NCBI GenBank assembly: GCA_051546255.1
Contig: CP128816.1
Location: 1,240,001 to 1,304,000, forward strand
Direction of reading: 5' to 3'
Length of the DNA stretch: 64,000 bases
Source: Meyerozyma guilliermondii
Taxonomy: Eukaryota
The stretch's first letter is position 1. Each line of letters opens with the position of its first letter. The notes beneath the pieces were generated by a model. It was given only the letters and a program-made list of their open reading frames with translations, had not been told where the DNA came from and searched no databases. Both the position numbers and the translations under genes were made by a program. Below, in pieces: positions 44,374-54,626 of this stretch.

Positions 44374-44425
44374 CTAACTGAGATGTTATTTTTTAACTGA
44401 GTTGTGTAATTTTAACTGAGTTGTG
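44374..44425. repeat. 19-bp-period direct repeat containing the END3 stop codon
   Basis: TTAACTGAGTTGTG at 44412 and 44393; CTAACTGAGATGT at 44374. Confidence 0.8.
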
Positions 44426-45551
44426 CTATTTCTTGGTCCAACTGTTGTAGTTCTGCCTGTTTGCGAGCATAATACTGCTCGAGTTCTCGTACTTGGCCTT
44501 CGATCAACTCAATATCGTTCTTTACATCGGTCAAGTTCTTGTCGGGCTTAACCTTGAGTTGCTCTTCCTTGTACTTCAACAATTGCTCATATTCGTGCTT
44601 GGTAACTCCCAATTCATTGGTTTGTGTGGTGGATGATTCTTTTGATGTTTTATTCAAAAGATCTTCCAAATTGGCAAGCTCACGTCTCAAACGTACCTCT
44701 TCCCAGTCGGTACCCTCTGTAGCAGAAAAGTCTGTTCCTCTTTCATTGGTGGTGCTACGGCCAACTTTTTGCAAGTAACTCTCACCAAAAGCCTTTTTAT
44801 TGTTTGCACTTGTAGGTGAAGAGACTTGAGGTACCGACTCAGAAAGGTCATATGATGGAGTTTCCTTAGAAAAAGTGGCACGGAGCGAAGCAGGGACTCC
44901 ATGGGGTACTCGTTTACCATTTTCGCGCTGGTTAAGAATATGAAGAAATACCAACGTTTGGTCTTTATCAATGGTTTCAAACGACTTTGGATTCACCAAG
45001 TTCCATGCTGAAGAAATGCTTTCTTTAGGCACTTTGGTCAATGTCTGATACAACCCTTCAAGACTTTGAAATCGAACTCGTCCATACGAATCACTGTTGG
45101 AATTGTATATCGACTCATAAGTGGCTTTGTCCGTGGGAGAAATATACCAATCAAAGTCATCAGAGAGCAATTCTTCGTCTTCTTCGTCATCATTGCTGCT
45201 TCTTCCACCATCATATTGATTATTTCCCGTTGCTACCGCCCGATTAGCTTGTATCAAATACGCTTTAGAAGCTGGAATGAGCCATCCGGGAAGCTCCGCG
45301 GGAACGTCCAGCTGGCTCCCGTTAACTATATCAAAGATAAGCCTCATAGCTATGCAAAACTCTTCAAAATCCAAATTTCCATCGCTATCAATGTCCGAAA
45401 GCTCCCAAATCTTTGATAATTTATCTTGAGGAAGTTGTGAATTTTTTAACACGGGTGACACTTTCGACCCACTGAGCTTGTTATCTTGTGGCTTGAGACC
45501 CTGGAAGATCTCCCAGTACTTTTTGATTTCCCATTCTTCGAGTTGTGGCAT
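44412..45551 (-). CDS. END3: EH-domain endocytic protein
   Basis: MPQLEEWEIKKYWEIF, EF-hand DIDSDGNLDFEEF, DFDWYISP, DWEEVRLRRELA. Confidence 0.95.
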   Translation of the reverse strand: MPQLEEWEIKKYWEIFQGLKPQDNKLSGSKVSPVLKNSQLPQDKLSKIWELSDIDSDGNLDFEEFCIAMRLIFDIVNGSQLDVPAELPGWLIPASKAYLIQANRAVATGNNQYDGGRSSNDDEEDEELLSDDFDWYISPTDKATYESIYNSNSDSYGRVRFQSLEGLYQTLTKVPKESISSAWNLVNPKSFETIDKDQTLVFLHILNQRENGKRVPHGVPASLRATFSKETPSYDLSESVPQVSSPTSANNKKAFGESYLQKVGRSTTNERGTDFSATEGTDWEEVRLRRELANLEDLLNKTSKESSTTQTNELGVTKHEYEQLLKYKEEQLKVKPDKNLTDVKNDIELIEGQVRELEQYYARKQAELQQLDQEIAQLS

Positions 45552-45777
45552 GCTAGTTTGGGTGAAAGGTGAAGTTGGTGAGCGTGAGATAGCGCGGGCT
45601 TATATGCCGTACCATGGTAAAATAAGTGAATTGTTTTCTATGTGAAAGAGAAGTTACTAGCATCACAAGCAAGATCACCGTACTCTCTACAGAAACTATA
45701 ACTTGAGGTCATTTAATTGGGGTTATGCCTACTGTACCTATTAGTACCTGATAATTGCCAAACACATCAAGGTGTAC

Positions 45778-45849
45778 GGGCGGTTGGTGTAGTGGTTAAC
45801 ACATCTGCCTTCCAAGCAGGTGTCACGGGTTCGATTCCCGTACCGCTCA
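45778..45849 (+). tRNA. tRNA-Gly (anticodon TCC)
   Basis: 72 nt; acceptor GGGCGGT/ACCGCTC, D-arm TGGTGTAGTGG, anticodon loop CTTCCAA (TCC 45811-45813), T-arm GGTTCGATTC, followed by a T-run. Confidence 0.96.
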
Positions 45850-45944
45850 TTCTTTTTTCACTAAACCATTTTAATACAAAGAGACCTCATTAGGTTTCTT
45901 TTTACATTTCATTTTTTACATTTTCTCATATCTAATGCCTATAT

Positions 45945-46464
45945 TTACAAGTGTCTCTCTACTCTATTCAAGCGACGAGCCGTAGATGAGTTATTTCTCG
46001 TTCTTTGACCACGAACCGGTAAACCAGATGCATGTCTCAGACCAGCATAAGATCCAATCGAACGTTTCAATTTGATGTCGTCTAAGATCTTCTGTTTCAA
46101 GTGTCCCTCCACTGATATATCAGACAATTCTTTATTTATGGCCATGATTTGTGGTTCGGTAAGTTGGTTCATTCTCATCTTGGGATAGATGCCGACCTTG
46201 GCACATATTCTCTCGGCGGTATTGTAACCCACACCAAAAATGGTCTTTGCCAAACCAATCTTTTGTTAGTTTCTTGGTATTTTAGTGGATAAAAATTGAC
46301 TGGACGAAGGTTAAAACTATGCGAACCCTATGTGCTTTATGGAAATTTTTGAGGAGAGAGTTGGCTTAAAATTACCCACATAAATCCTCTATGTCCACTC
46401 TTTTTATACATACCTTGACCAAAGCATTATGCTTGATGGATTTACCAAATATATGGACGCCCAT
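45945..46464 (-). CDS. SWS2: Mitochondrial ribosomal protein uS13m, two exons (121 aa)
   Basis: Exon 1 46464-46414 (MGVHIFGKSIKHNALVK); intron 46413-46260 (GTATGT..AACTAAC-AAAAG); exon 2 46259-45945 with GSYAGLRH..GLPVRGQRTR. Confidence 0.92.
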
Positions 46465-46583
46465 GGTTCGAAGATGTCGAAGTCAACTTTTCGCAGAATT
46501 GATTAGTGTGCATTTATGCAGTACCATCAGATGGAGCGGTTACTATATACTATTAAGCCATTCGTGGTGTAGCGGAACAAGGG

Positions 46584-47474
46584 TTACGGCATCACCGTTC
46601 GCTCCTCGACGTCGAGTCGAAGGATGAGCAACGATTGTAATAAAATGATCATGGTTATGAAACTGGCAAGTCCAACAGGTACCACCGCAAATACTGCAAT
46701 GTTGTAAAAGTCAAAGAATCTAGCTCTGGACTTGCCTCGAAGATCGAGGTTCAGGGTAATAAAGTTCTGGGCAAAGTACAGTACCGTTAAACAGCAACTG
46801 ATGAGAATCCATATGTGTAGTCCATATTTGTAGCCATCTGCGGAGAATGCCGATAGAAGATATTGCTCGATGGTTATAATGATAGTTGACATTGAGAGCA
46901 TACGCACTATAGCAGCTGAGGTGGAATAGGTAACTATCCAACGAATCATAAGTCCATCGAGGAGAGCAAACGTGAGGTAGCCTGCGACTATACACCATAC
47001 TCCGGTCAAAAAATGTTCTGACATTCGAGCGCTGGTGATGGAAGTTTGTAGTGGTTGACCTGCTAATTCTTCAACAGCATATCCAGCGAAAACTCGGCTC
47101 CACGACTGAAAAAGTCCCACGATGCAAGGAATGAGAGATACATCTCTACTACATGCCAAAGCAAAATGTTGTCTAGCATTTAGGAGTCGCAACCCTACCA
47201 GTTTGAGAGTATTTTTAGGTTCTTTTTTGCGACCTTCTGTAAGTCCCGATCTGGTTCTGAGTAAAGGAGGTGTAAGTATTCGTTGTTGTTGCTCGTGGAG
47301 TCGTTGTGATACTTCGTAGGATGGTACTTCTAAGTCTTCATGGTTCATTGATACTGGGGTTGCTGAAATGGGCGATGCTGCAGTGGTAGCAATTGGTGAC
47401 GGTGTATGACTTTCGAGGGCTGGATGATGTCGATTTAAATGTCTCATGTTAGATTCAGAGGTATTTATTGCCAT
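46584..47474 (-). CDS. EOS1: ER membrane N-glycosylation / oxidative stress protein
   Basis: LLNARQHF, SEHFL..W, LDGLMIRWIVTYSTSAAIVRMLSMS; lies between SWS2 and TPM. Confidence 0.85.
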   Translation of the reverse strand: MAINTSESNMRHLNRHHPALESHTPSPIATTAASPISATPVSMNHEDLEVPSYEVSQRLHEQQQRILTPPLLRTRSGLTEGRKKEPKNTLKLVGLRLLNARQHFALACSRDVSLIPCIVGLFQSWSRVFAGYAVEELAGQPLQTSITSARMSEHFLTGVWCIVAGYLTFALLDGLMIRWIVTYSTSAAIVRMLSMSTIIITIEQYLLSAFSADGYKYGLHIWILISCCLTVLYFAQNFITLNLDLRGKSRARFFDFYNIAVFAVVPVGLASFITMIILLQSLLILRLDVEERTVMP

Positions 47475-47840
47475 TTTGTATTAAGATGACCCCGTGATTA
47501 CTTTAAACAATTTTGAAACAAATGTGATGAAATTAGCTTGGTGGGGAACTTCGATAAAAGTGCATCAATTACGCAGACCAACGACGGTTCTGGTATCCAC
47601 AATGGTTCTTTAGATCTATTAACAATAGCAAGACGATAGATTCTCGTTCAATGACCACTAGCCACAAGCCACAAATGTTAGATAACGCACATAAATGTTG
47701 CACAAGATGACATGACGGTGCATGGATGTGAACACGCCGAGAGCATATGATTAACAGATGAGGTACTACGCCGATTAGGTTGTGATGGTTATTGTTGTGC
47801 AGTGATCCACCTTCATAGTCTAACATATATAAAGGTAATC

Positions 47841-48459
47841 CTAAATAGCTTCCAATTGTTGACTGATCTCGTCCAACTCCGCCTTGGCGGCAGCATGCTG
47901 GCCAGTCAAATCTTCGTACTTGCGCTCCCATTCTTCCTTCTCTGCCTCCAATGATGCTACCTTTCTCTCCAATTGCTCGGCCTTGATATCGGTTTCTCTC
48001 AATTTGGCGGTGGTTTCACGCAAATTCTTGTCTGCCTCTTCCAATTCCTCTTCCAATACTTGATTCTTCTTGGTGTAGTTTTCGTTGGAAGTCTTCAAGG
48101 AGTGCGACTCGTCGGCGGTCTTCTTGATACCATCAATGTCGGTTTCCAACTTCTCAACCTGCTCTTCCAAAACGTGGTTCTTTCTCGTCAACGCTTGAAT
48201 TTGATGCTCCTTGTCAAGGTTATCCTGCTCCAACTCCTTGATCTTCTGGGCCAACTCATCCGACTTTTCTTGCCATTTCTCGGCGTCTAACTTCAAGTTG
48301 TTGATTTTCTGGGTTAGTTTGATTCGCTAATAATTGTGGTATTTTTAGTACTAGCAGAAAAAAAGAAATTCTAGTGTAAACCACTGAGTCTACTGCAATT
48401 CCTGTGACCGAGATCACACCTCAATCGCTTCAAAAACTTACTTCCTTGAGTTTATCCAT
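47841..48459 (-). CDS. TPM2: Tropomyosin, two exons (161 aa)
   Basis: Exon 1 48459-48442 (MDKLKE); intron 48441-48309 (GTAAGT..AACTAAC-CCAG); exon 2 48308-47841, continuous coiled coil. Confidence 0.92.
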
Positions 48460-48689
48460 TTTGTCGTTGTGCAAATCACCGCCTCCGTGATTTTTTGTTT
48501 GTTGTCCCGTCTGCTGACTACGCCGTTACGTAAGTGCGTGGTTCGTCGTCTAACAACAATTGCGCGCCGCGCCACCTGTGGCACGGATCACTGCATCGGG
48601 CTCAAACAGCCAGCAGCCAGCCATCTACCCTGATCTAAGATGAGTTCTAAGAAGATATCTACAACTACTGGTGAGTCGTAGAATACCCA

Positions 48690-50753
48690 ATGCTGTATTC
48701 CCGCTCGACTCTGGAGTCATTTTATACGGTTCCAGAACCTAACTCAAACCCCATTTCCAATACCACCTCTTCCGATTCCAAGAGGTTTTCACCTGGAAAC
48801 AGCCATGAACAACTATTGCCCCCTAACACACATCGCCGGGTGATTTCAAACCCATTCGAGATCATTTATGATCCAGAAGTAGCATCTGTTGGTGCCCAAT
48901 TGCCAACTGATACGAGGTCTCTTGAACGTCTCAAATCACCAGGATACTTGGATATAGAAAGAACAATTGACCAAGGCCATGCTCACCGACGAAATCGAAG
49001 TAGTCAGATATTTTCGGCTGAACCATCCCCAAAAAGCAAGACATATAATGGAGAAGAAACGCTTACTCCTACCACCAGAATACAGTCGACTCTGCCAGGT
49101 TCCAGGATCCAAGAACACCCAGAAATTCCACCAGTGGTCACGATTATCGGCGACCAGTCTATCTTAAGACGAGGCAACTCTGTAATCTCGTCTGGGGCTT
49201 CTTTAAGACACCGCAATAGCATTCGAAACCGTTCAAAAATGGTTAAGAAAACCGATTTGCAGCCAGTTGCTGCCGTTGATATCTCTCCACAAACTTCTCC
49301 CAAGAGACCAACGAGAAAACTTCGGTTCACCTTCCCTGTAAGACGCCAGAGATCCTTGAAACGTAACCCCAATTATCAACCACTTTCAACTGCCGCTTCA
49401 AAATTTGAAACTGCTCATGATTTGTACAGTTACTATTTCAATAACGATGGCCCACGAATGATCAGAGAGCTTTTGCCACCATCCATGCTTAGCTTTGCAT
49501 ACTCCAAATTTGCCAGCATAAATCCTACCCTTCATCTGAGTTTGCGTCGAACCAAAATGGACAATACTTTCACTTCCATATTCATCGACGCAAACGACAA
49601 AACCCAAATCTCGGCGCCTATAGAAGGCACATTCAAGAAAAACGATATCCCAATTATTAACGATCCTGAAGTACATTATGACTTGTCTAGAGCAATCTTT
49701 GACAAATACAGAAATGCAGTTTTTGCCAACAAGGTGAAAAATCCAGCAACATTTTATGATATCTTTCCTGAGGAGGTTGAAAACTCATTGGTGACTCCTG
49801 AGGATGCAGAGTTCTTTACCACAAAACTATATCTCGAAGTTCTTTTGAGGAGAACCGTTGCTGCTAAGATAAACTATAGGTTGAAAGGAACCCGGATGCG
49901 CAACTTCAACACTTCATCAGATTCAGCATTTTCACAAGATTCAGACTCAAATGGCGATGGGGGCAATTTGAACAAACACGAATCGCTTCCCAAGCTCAGC
50001 TCTGATTCTGGAAATTCTGATTCTGAGTCGGTGAACACGGATGACTTGATGCAGCAGAATGCCTCGTTGTATTCTGGCCTTCTTCCTTCTCCGCAAATCA
50101 GTTATTCCAGTAATATTTTTGGCAGTGATTTTGACTTGGCTCCAGCTCTTGAAAAGAGGAGCACTACCGCAAGTCCAAGAGCTATACACAATTTTGGGCA
50201 CAATGATGAAATACCGGATAGAAACTTGTTCCAACAAGATTCCTACAGACTCCAGCCTATGAATCGGTCAATGGCAACACTCACTTCTACAGATGATTCT
50301 GTGACACCAGTTGACATTGCAAGCACTGATAAACTTCTGACCATAGATTCGGAAGTACGCAATAGTTCTTCATCTAAAGAAGGCTCTTCAAGAGAATTAT
50401 CCTCTGAGGAAAAGCGGCGTAAATCACTGTCGACAGCTCGCTTGTCTTTATTGAACGACCTTGATGGTCTTACGAGTGAGCTTTCATCTTTTATCAACGA
50501 AGAAGCTCTGGAACTTGGTCAATCACCAGATGACGATCAGCTTCCCCCGATCAAAACCAACCAGCGTATACCACAAGTAAGCACAAAACATGTGGATGTA
50601 ACTTCACAAAAGGCATCTATCTACGCTGCTTCTACATGTACAAGTCCATCCAAGAACCATCATGAATCGGATATGGACTCTCAGTTCCTTGTTGCCAGGC
50701 GTGAAGATAGCATCTCCACAAGGTCAGCAGTAAGTACAGTCAAGCATAATTAA
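48690..50753 (+). CDS. Uncharacterised Ser-rich, largely disordered protein (687 aa)
   Basis: Long ATG-started ORF filling the gap; many SP and RRxS sites; no domain I recognise. Confidence 0.75.
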   Translation: MLYSRSTLESFYTVPEPNSNPISNTTSSDSKRFSPGNSHEQLLPPNTHRRVISNPFEIIYDPEVASVGAQLPTDTRSLERLKSPGYLDIERTIDQGHAHRRNRSSQIFSAEPSPKSKTYNGEETLTPTTRIQSTLPGSRIQEHPEIPPVVTIIGDQSILRRGNSVISSGASLRHRNSIRNRSKMVKKTDLQPVAAVDISPQTSPKRPTRKLRFTFPVRRQRSLKRNPNYQPLSTAASKFETAHDLYSYYFNNDGPRMIRELLPPSMLSFAYSKFASINPTLHLSLRRTKMDNTFTSIFIDANDKTQISAPIEGTFKKNDIPIINDPEVHYDLSRAIFDKYRNAVFANKVKNPATFYDIFPEEVENSLVTPEDAEFFTTKLYLEVLLRRTVAAKINYRLKGTRMRNFNTSSDSAFSQDSDSNGDGGNLNKHESLPKLSSDSGNSDSESVNTDDLMQQNASLYSGLLPSPQISYSSNIFGSDFDLAPALEKRSTTASPRAIHNFGHNDEIPDRNLFQQDSYRLQPMNRSMATLTSTDDSVTPVDIASTDKLLTIDSEVRNSSSSKEGSSRELSSEEKRRKSLSTARLSLLNDLDGLTSELSSFINEEALELGQSPDDDQLPPIKTNQRIPQVSTKHVDVTSQKASIYAASTCTSPSKNHHESDMDSQFLVARREDSISTRSAVSTVKHN

Positions 50754-50761
50754 TATAACAT

Positions 50762-51766
50762 CTATTGATATACCAAGGGTAGCATGTAAGTCCTTACCCT
50801 AGAGGCCACTATGTCGTCTGGTTCATCCTTGGACTGGCTAGCTTCGCCATATGATGCGTCTAATATATTAAGCATGAACAAGGGAACCTTGCCGTCTCGA
50901 ACTCCAATGCTAACGGCCAACACTTCGTCAGAGGTAATGTACTTCTTTTCGTGGAGGGCTATGAGCCTACTGAACCATTTTCTATCTTTCACGTAGACGG
51001 GGTAATCTTCATTTGCTATAATCACCGAAGGTGAATTAACTGCAGCAATCGCTGCTGATACCATTGTGCTTTCAAGCGTTAGATTCCCACCCGACTTATC
51101 GCTGATGGTATCCATGAACCCTATTTCGTCTTCAAGCCCAGGACTTTCAAAGTGAACACCTTGGAAATTTTTGAGAAGTATCGCATTATAATCTTCGATA
51201 TCGGCGTAACGAGAATCCACTTCTATCAAATAGGGTACGACAACACTGTGATATAGAGACATGTATCTCAAGTTATCGGTGAGAAACATCTCGTTCACGA
51301 TAACCAAACCTTTACTGAATTGAGATAACGATGGAAGCGGCAAGGCTTGTCGGTATAGTATATCCTTTAAAGCATTTTCGTCGTTGATTTTTGTTTGGGT
51401 TGTCTCATTTATCAATTCCATCTTGCCCAATTCGCTATTCCACGTATAGGAGAAAGCGTTAGCCTTATCTTGATGAACCATAAGTGCATACCATATTTTG
51501 TAGCGATGGTGAATAACATGAAATAAGTGCTGTTGGCACGAATACTTGGTATAGGTTGAATACACAGTTTGAGGATTGACTGCTCTTAACCCATTGGTGA
51601 CATGTGCCCACACTTTCTTGTCATTTTTGTCCTTAACTCGGCCTATGGCATCAGCTAAAAGTTTAACAAGGTAGTGATCCATTTTGGGCGACCATCTCTT
51701 ATACTTGGCATCTTTGCTTTTTAGATCAAACACACTAAGTTGCGGAAATTTTGGTCCTGGAGACAT
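50762..51766 (-). CDS. Hypothetical protein with N-terminal Myb/SANT-like domain
   Basis: RWSPKMDHYLVKLL..W..V...L....YTKYSCQQHL....YKIW..L...FSYTWN pattern. Confidence 0.65.
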   Translation of the reverse strand: MSPGPKFPQLSVFDLKSKDAKYKRWSPKMDHYLVKLLADAIGRVKDKNDKKVWAHVTNGLRAVNPQTVYSTYTKYSCQQHLFHVIHHRYKIWYALMVHQDKANAFSYTWNSELGKMELINETTQTKINDENALKDILYRQALPLPSLSQFSKGLVIVNEMFLTDNLRYMSLYHSVVVPYLIEVDSRYADIEDYNAILLKNFQGVHFESPGLEDEIGFMDTISDKSGGNLTLESTMVSAAIAAVNSPSVIIANEDYPVYVKDRKWFSRLIALHEKKYITSDEVLAVSIGVRDGKVPLFMLNILDASYGEASQSKDEPDDIVASRVRTYMLPLVYQ

Positions 51767-51854
51767 AGTATTAATGACATTTGGTTAGACGGACTGTGAG
51801 CCCATGTGAGATTTTACCCCGGATTTCTGTTTGACAGGTCGGTATGCAGTCCGT

Positions 51855-54488
51855 TCACCTTAATCGTGATAGTGGGTTCGAATTCCGTTCTTGCTTGTCT
51901 GGAGTGGATGAAAAGTAGTCTTTTGAGTCTTGGTTCCATCTGGGAATGGTATGGGAAGAGCTCATGGATCTTACATCGGCCGAGGCGTCCTTGAAAATGG
52001 AATGAGTTTCTTGAGTTTTTGTGAACCTGTCTAACATTTCGTAGGTTCTCTTTCGGCGGAGTGACAACTGATTTGTAAGAGGAGTCGTTGTTGAATTTCC
52101 TGGAGTCGATACGGCGGCGGGAACTGGATCTGGAGTACTGAGATGTAAACTCGTTAGGTTAGTTATCGTGGCCAACCTGTTCCGTAAAGTATTGAAAGTA
52201 CTCGATTGAGGAAGAATCATCAAAAGTCCGTAAAGAGTTTTGTACAAATACGGGTACGATTCGGGTTCTAGGAGCTGCAATCTTAGTTTGAGGAATATTG
52301 GCGACTCCAAGAGTTGTACCAATACATCAAGTTGAGTTAAAAGTTGCAAATTGACTTCGCTCTCGGAAAGGTTTTTGATGATAAGAAATCCCAACTCATA
52401 CTGGGATGTGAGTAGACACAACGACAAGGCACATGCCGGGTTGTGGCACCAACTCTTGAAAAGCGTTGCAAATAAATTCCAATCGTCCAGTCCCAAATTT
52501 TTCAATTTGTTACGAAATACCGTTAGTTCTCGTGATGTCAAGAGAATGTTATTTAAAACAAGCACCATCAAATTCAAAAACTCCAAGTTTTCATATTCCT
52601 GTGAATATAACACTTCAGAAAGCGTTCGATAAATCTTTTCTGAGTCGAGAGTCACACAGAGTTTCCTGATGACAAACTCAATACGTTCACGAGAGGTCGA
52701 TTCTCCCTGAGCTTCACGAACATAAAACTTTTCAACCAGTAAGTTTTTCATCTCTCGTTCACAAAAGGTGATTAACTTAGCCATGAATGTGGTGAAGAAT
52801 TCATGGTTCGATTCGGATATTTTAGAAAGAAATTGCAAAACTTTGAACACCACTTCGTTGCTCGCATCATTGGCAGATCTAAGCAAAATTGTGAAATCAA
52901 AATTTTCTGGTCCATCTCCAACTACTGAACCTGAAAAGCTTGTAGGATTTGTCGAGTAAAGAAATATGAGCCAGTCCAACAGGGTTATTCTTGCAAGTTC
53001 GTTGGAAGAATTGGTGCAAACTTTGATGAAGCGATCCAACATTGGATGAAAATAGAGTTCATGGAACTCATCATAAACTTCTTTGTTCAACCCAAGAATA
53101 GAATTTTGGGATGGTTCACTTTCTTCTAAAACTTTGTCAGCATCGTTTTCTGCCTCATTCAAACTCATCAATACATTTTGAAGAGCCGAATTGAACTTGA
53201 GGAATTCAATTCTTAATTCTTCATCATCGGGCTTGTTTGTAATTGCCAAATTTTGTGTAATAATGTTGACACAATCGGGAAAAAACTTGACAAAGCTAGT
53301 AGGCGAAAACTTTATAATTTCTTGAAGCCATTTGAGTGATATTGTTTGAATCTCGTAGTATGTCTCACGACTCTCTCCACGAAGGTCGTTTACTTTCAAA
53401 TCTTGCTTGGCAGTCGTGTTAGGGTCTCTAAGGAACGAGAGCAAAATGGAGATTATCATAGGGTAGTCGATGAAAATATCTTGTCCCTTTAAAAAAATGT
53501 CACCGTCAGTATCAGAATTATCTTTCAATGATAAGCTGCTTAAATCTTTTTCACCTTCGTCCACGCTTTCACTTGCCTGTTCTTTCTTGGCTAATTGCTT
53601 ACGCTTGATCTCATATCTTATCTTACTAATCGCTTTTATCTCTTTGAGAAAGGTGGTAAGCAACTTTTGAGTTTCTATGCGTACATCGGACGGAGCATTA
53701 TTCATCAAAAACTTTATGAGTGGCTCTAAGAAGTTGGGAAGATAGGTAATGAGCTCCAATGATGGAATATCATCAAAAAGTTCAAGCCAGCTCAAAAGAA
53801 ATTTCTTTGCAAATGGGTCAATGATATACATTCTTTCCAATAATGTGGGGATGAATTTTGGAAGCGAAAATGCTTTTTGTGCATCCTGAGGAATGTTTAC
53901 TTGGATAGCCACTCCATTAGAATCTACCACATGAGACAATATCTCGTTTCTTCGGTTCTGAAACTCTTCTTGTTGAACAATTGACACATAATTTGTCGAC
54001 TTGGCACTCACAATATCCTTAATGAGTCTATCCAAAATGTCGGCTGCGTTCTTTACCGACGACTCAGTATCAGTCACCAATATACAGAGGATATCAAAGA
54101 CCTGGTTGAAGTACACTAGGATCTCTCCACGAGCAATTTTGGCAATATTGTAAAGCGATTCACATGCGTAGTATCGGACGCGAGCATCAGTATCACGAAA
54201 AGTAGCAAAGATGGGCTTGATGATATCTTCTAGAAAGTAAGCAATTGCAAAAGAGCCAAGGGCTACAGAAACACTTCCCAATGCAGTGATAGCTCCCATT
54301 TTGGCAGAATTAGTACCGCTTCGAACCAAATCGGCCAATTCTTTGATGATCAGATAAATGGTTTGCGAGTCATTTTTGGTGAGTGCTGCCTTGGTCAAAT
54401 TCTCTATTTGGAACGCTGTTGCTTTTCTCTTTTCATATATGTGATTGGAGAGATCTTTGACAATGGACAGATCCAAGGCGTTGTTCAT
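51855..54488 (-). CDS. VAC14: Fab1/PI(3,5)P2 complex HEAT-repeat scaffold
   Basis: YEKRKATA, RVRYYACESLYNIAK, SWCHNP, LVQLLESPIF.KLRLQLLEP, LLMILPQSS. Confidence 0.96.
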   Translation of the reverse strand: MNNALDLSIVKDLSNHIYEKRKATAFQIENLTKAALTKNDSQTIYLIIKELADLVRSGTNSAKMGAITALGSVSVALGSFAIAYFLEDIIKPIFATFRDTDARVRYYACESLYNIAKIARGEILVYFNQVFDILCILVTDTESSVKNAADILDRLIKDIVSAKSTNYVSIVQQEEFQNRRNEILSHVVDSNGVAIQVNIPQDAQKAFSLPKFIPTLLERMYIIDPFAKKFLLSWLELFDDIPSLELITYLPNFLEPLIKFLMNNAPSDVRIETQKLLTTFLKEIKAISKIRYEIKRKQLAKKEQASESVDEGEKDLSSLSLKDNSDTDGDIFLKGQDIFIDYPMIISILLSFLRDPNTTAKQDLKVNDLRGESRETYYEIQTISLKWLQEIIKFSPTSFVKFFPDCVNIITQNLAITNKPDDEELRIEFLKFNSALQNVLMSLNEAENDADKVLEESEPSQNSILGLNKEVYDEFHELYFHPMLDRFIKVCTNSSNELARITLLDWLIFLYSTNPTSFSGSVVGDGPENFDFTILLRSANDASNEVVFKVLQFLSKISESNHEFFTTFMAKLITFCEREMKNLLVEKFYVREAQGESTSRERIEFVIRKLCVTLDSEKIYRTLSEVLYSQEYENLEFLNLMVLVLNNILLTSRELTVFRNKLKNLGLDDWNLFATLFKSWCHNPACALSLCLLTSQYELGFLIIKNLSESEVNLQLLTQLDVLVQLLESPIFLKLRLQLLEPESYPYLYKTLYGLLMILPQSSTFNTLRNRLATITNLTSLHLSTPDPVPAAVSTPGNSTTTPLTNQLSLRRKRTYEMLDRFTKTQETHSIFKDASADVRSMSSSHTIPRWNQDSKDYFSSTPDKQERNSNPLSRLR

Positions 54489-54626
54489 GGTGAGGAAACT
54501 ACGATTTCGATCGCGCAGATAAAGTGGTGTTGCAGATAAGACAATTTTTCACCTTACTTACTCAATAGGAGTTGTTACTGAATTTGATATGAAATTGTTA
54601 CTGCTTTATTCTATATAGTACAGTGG

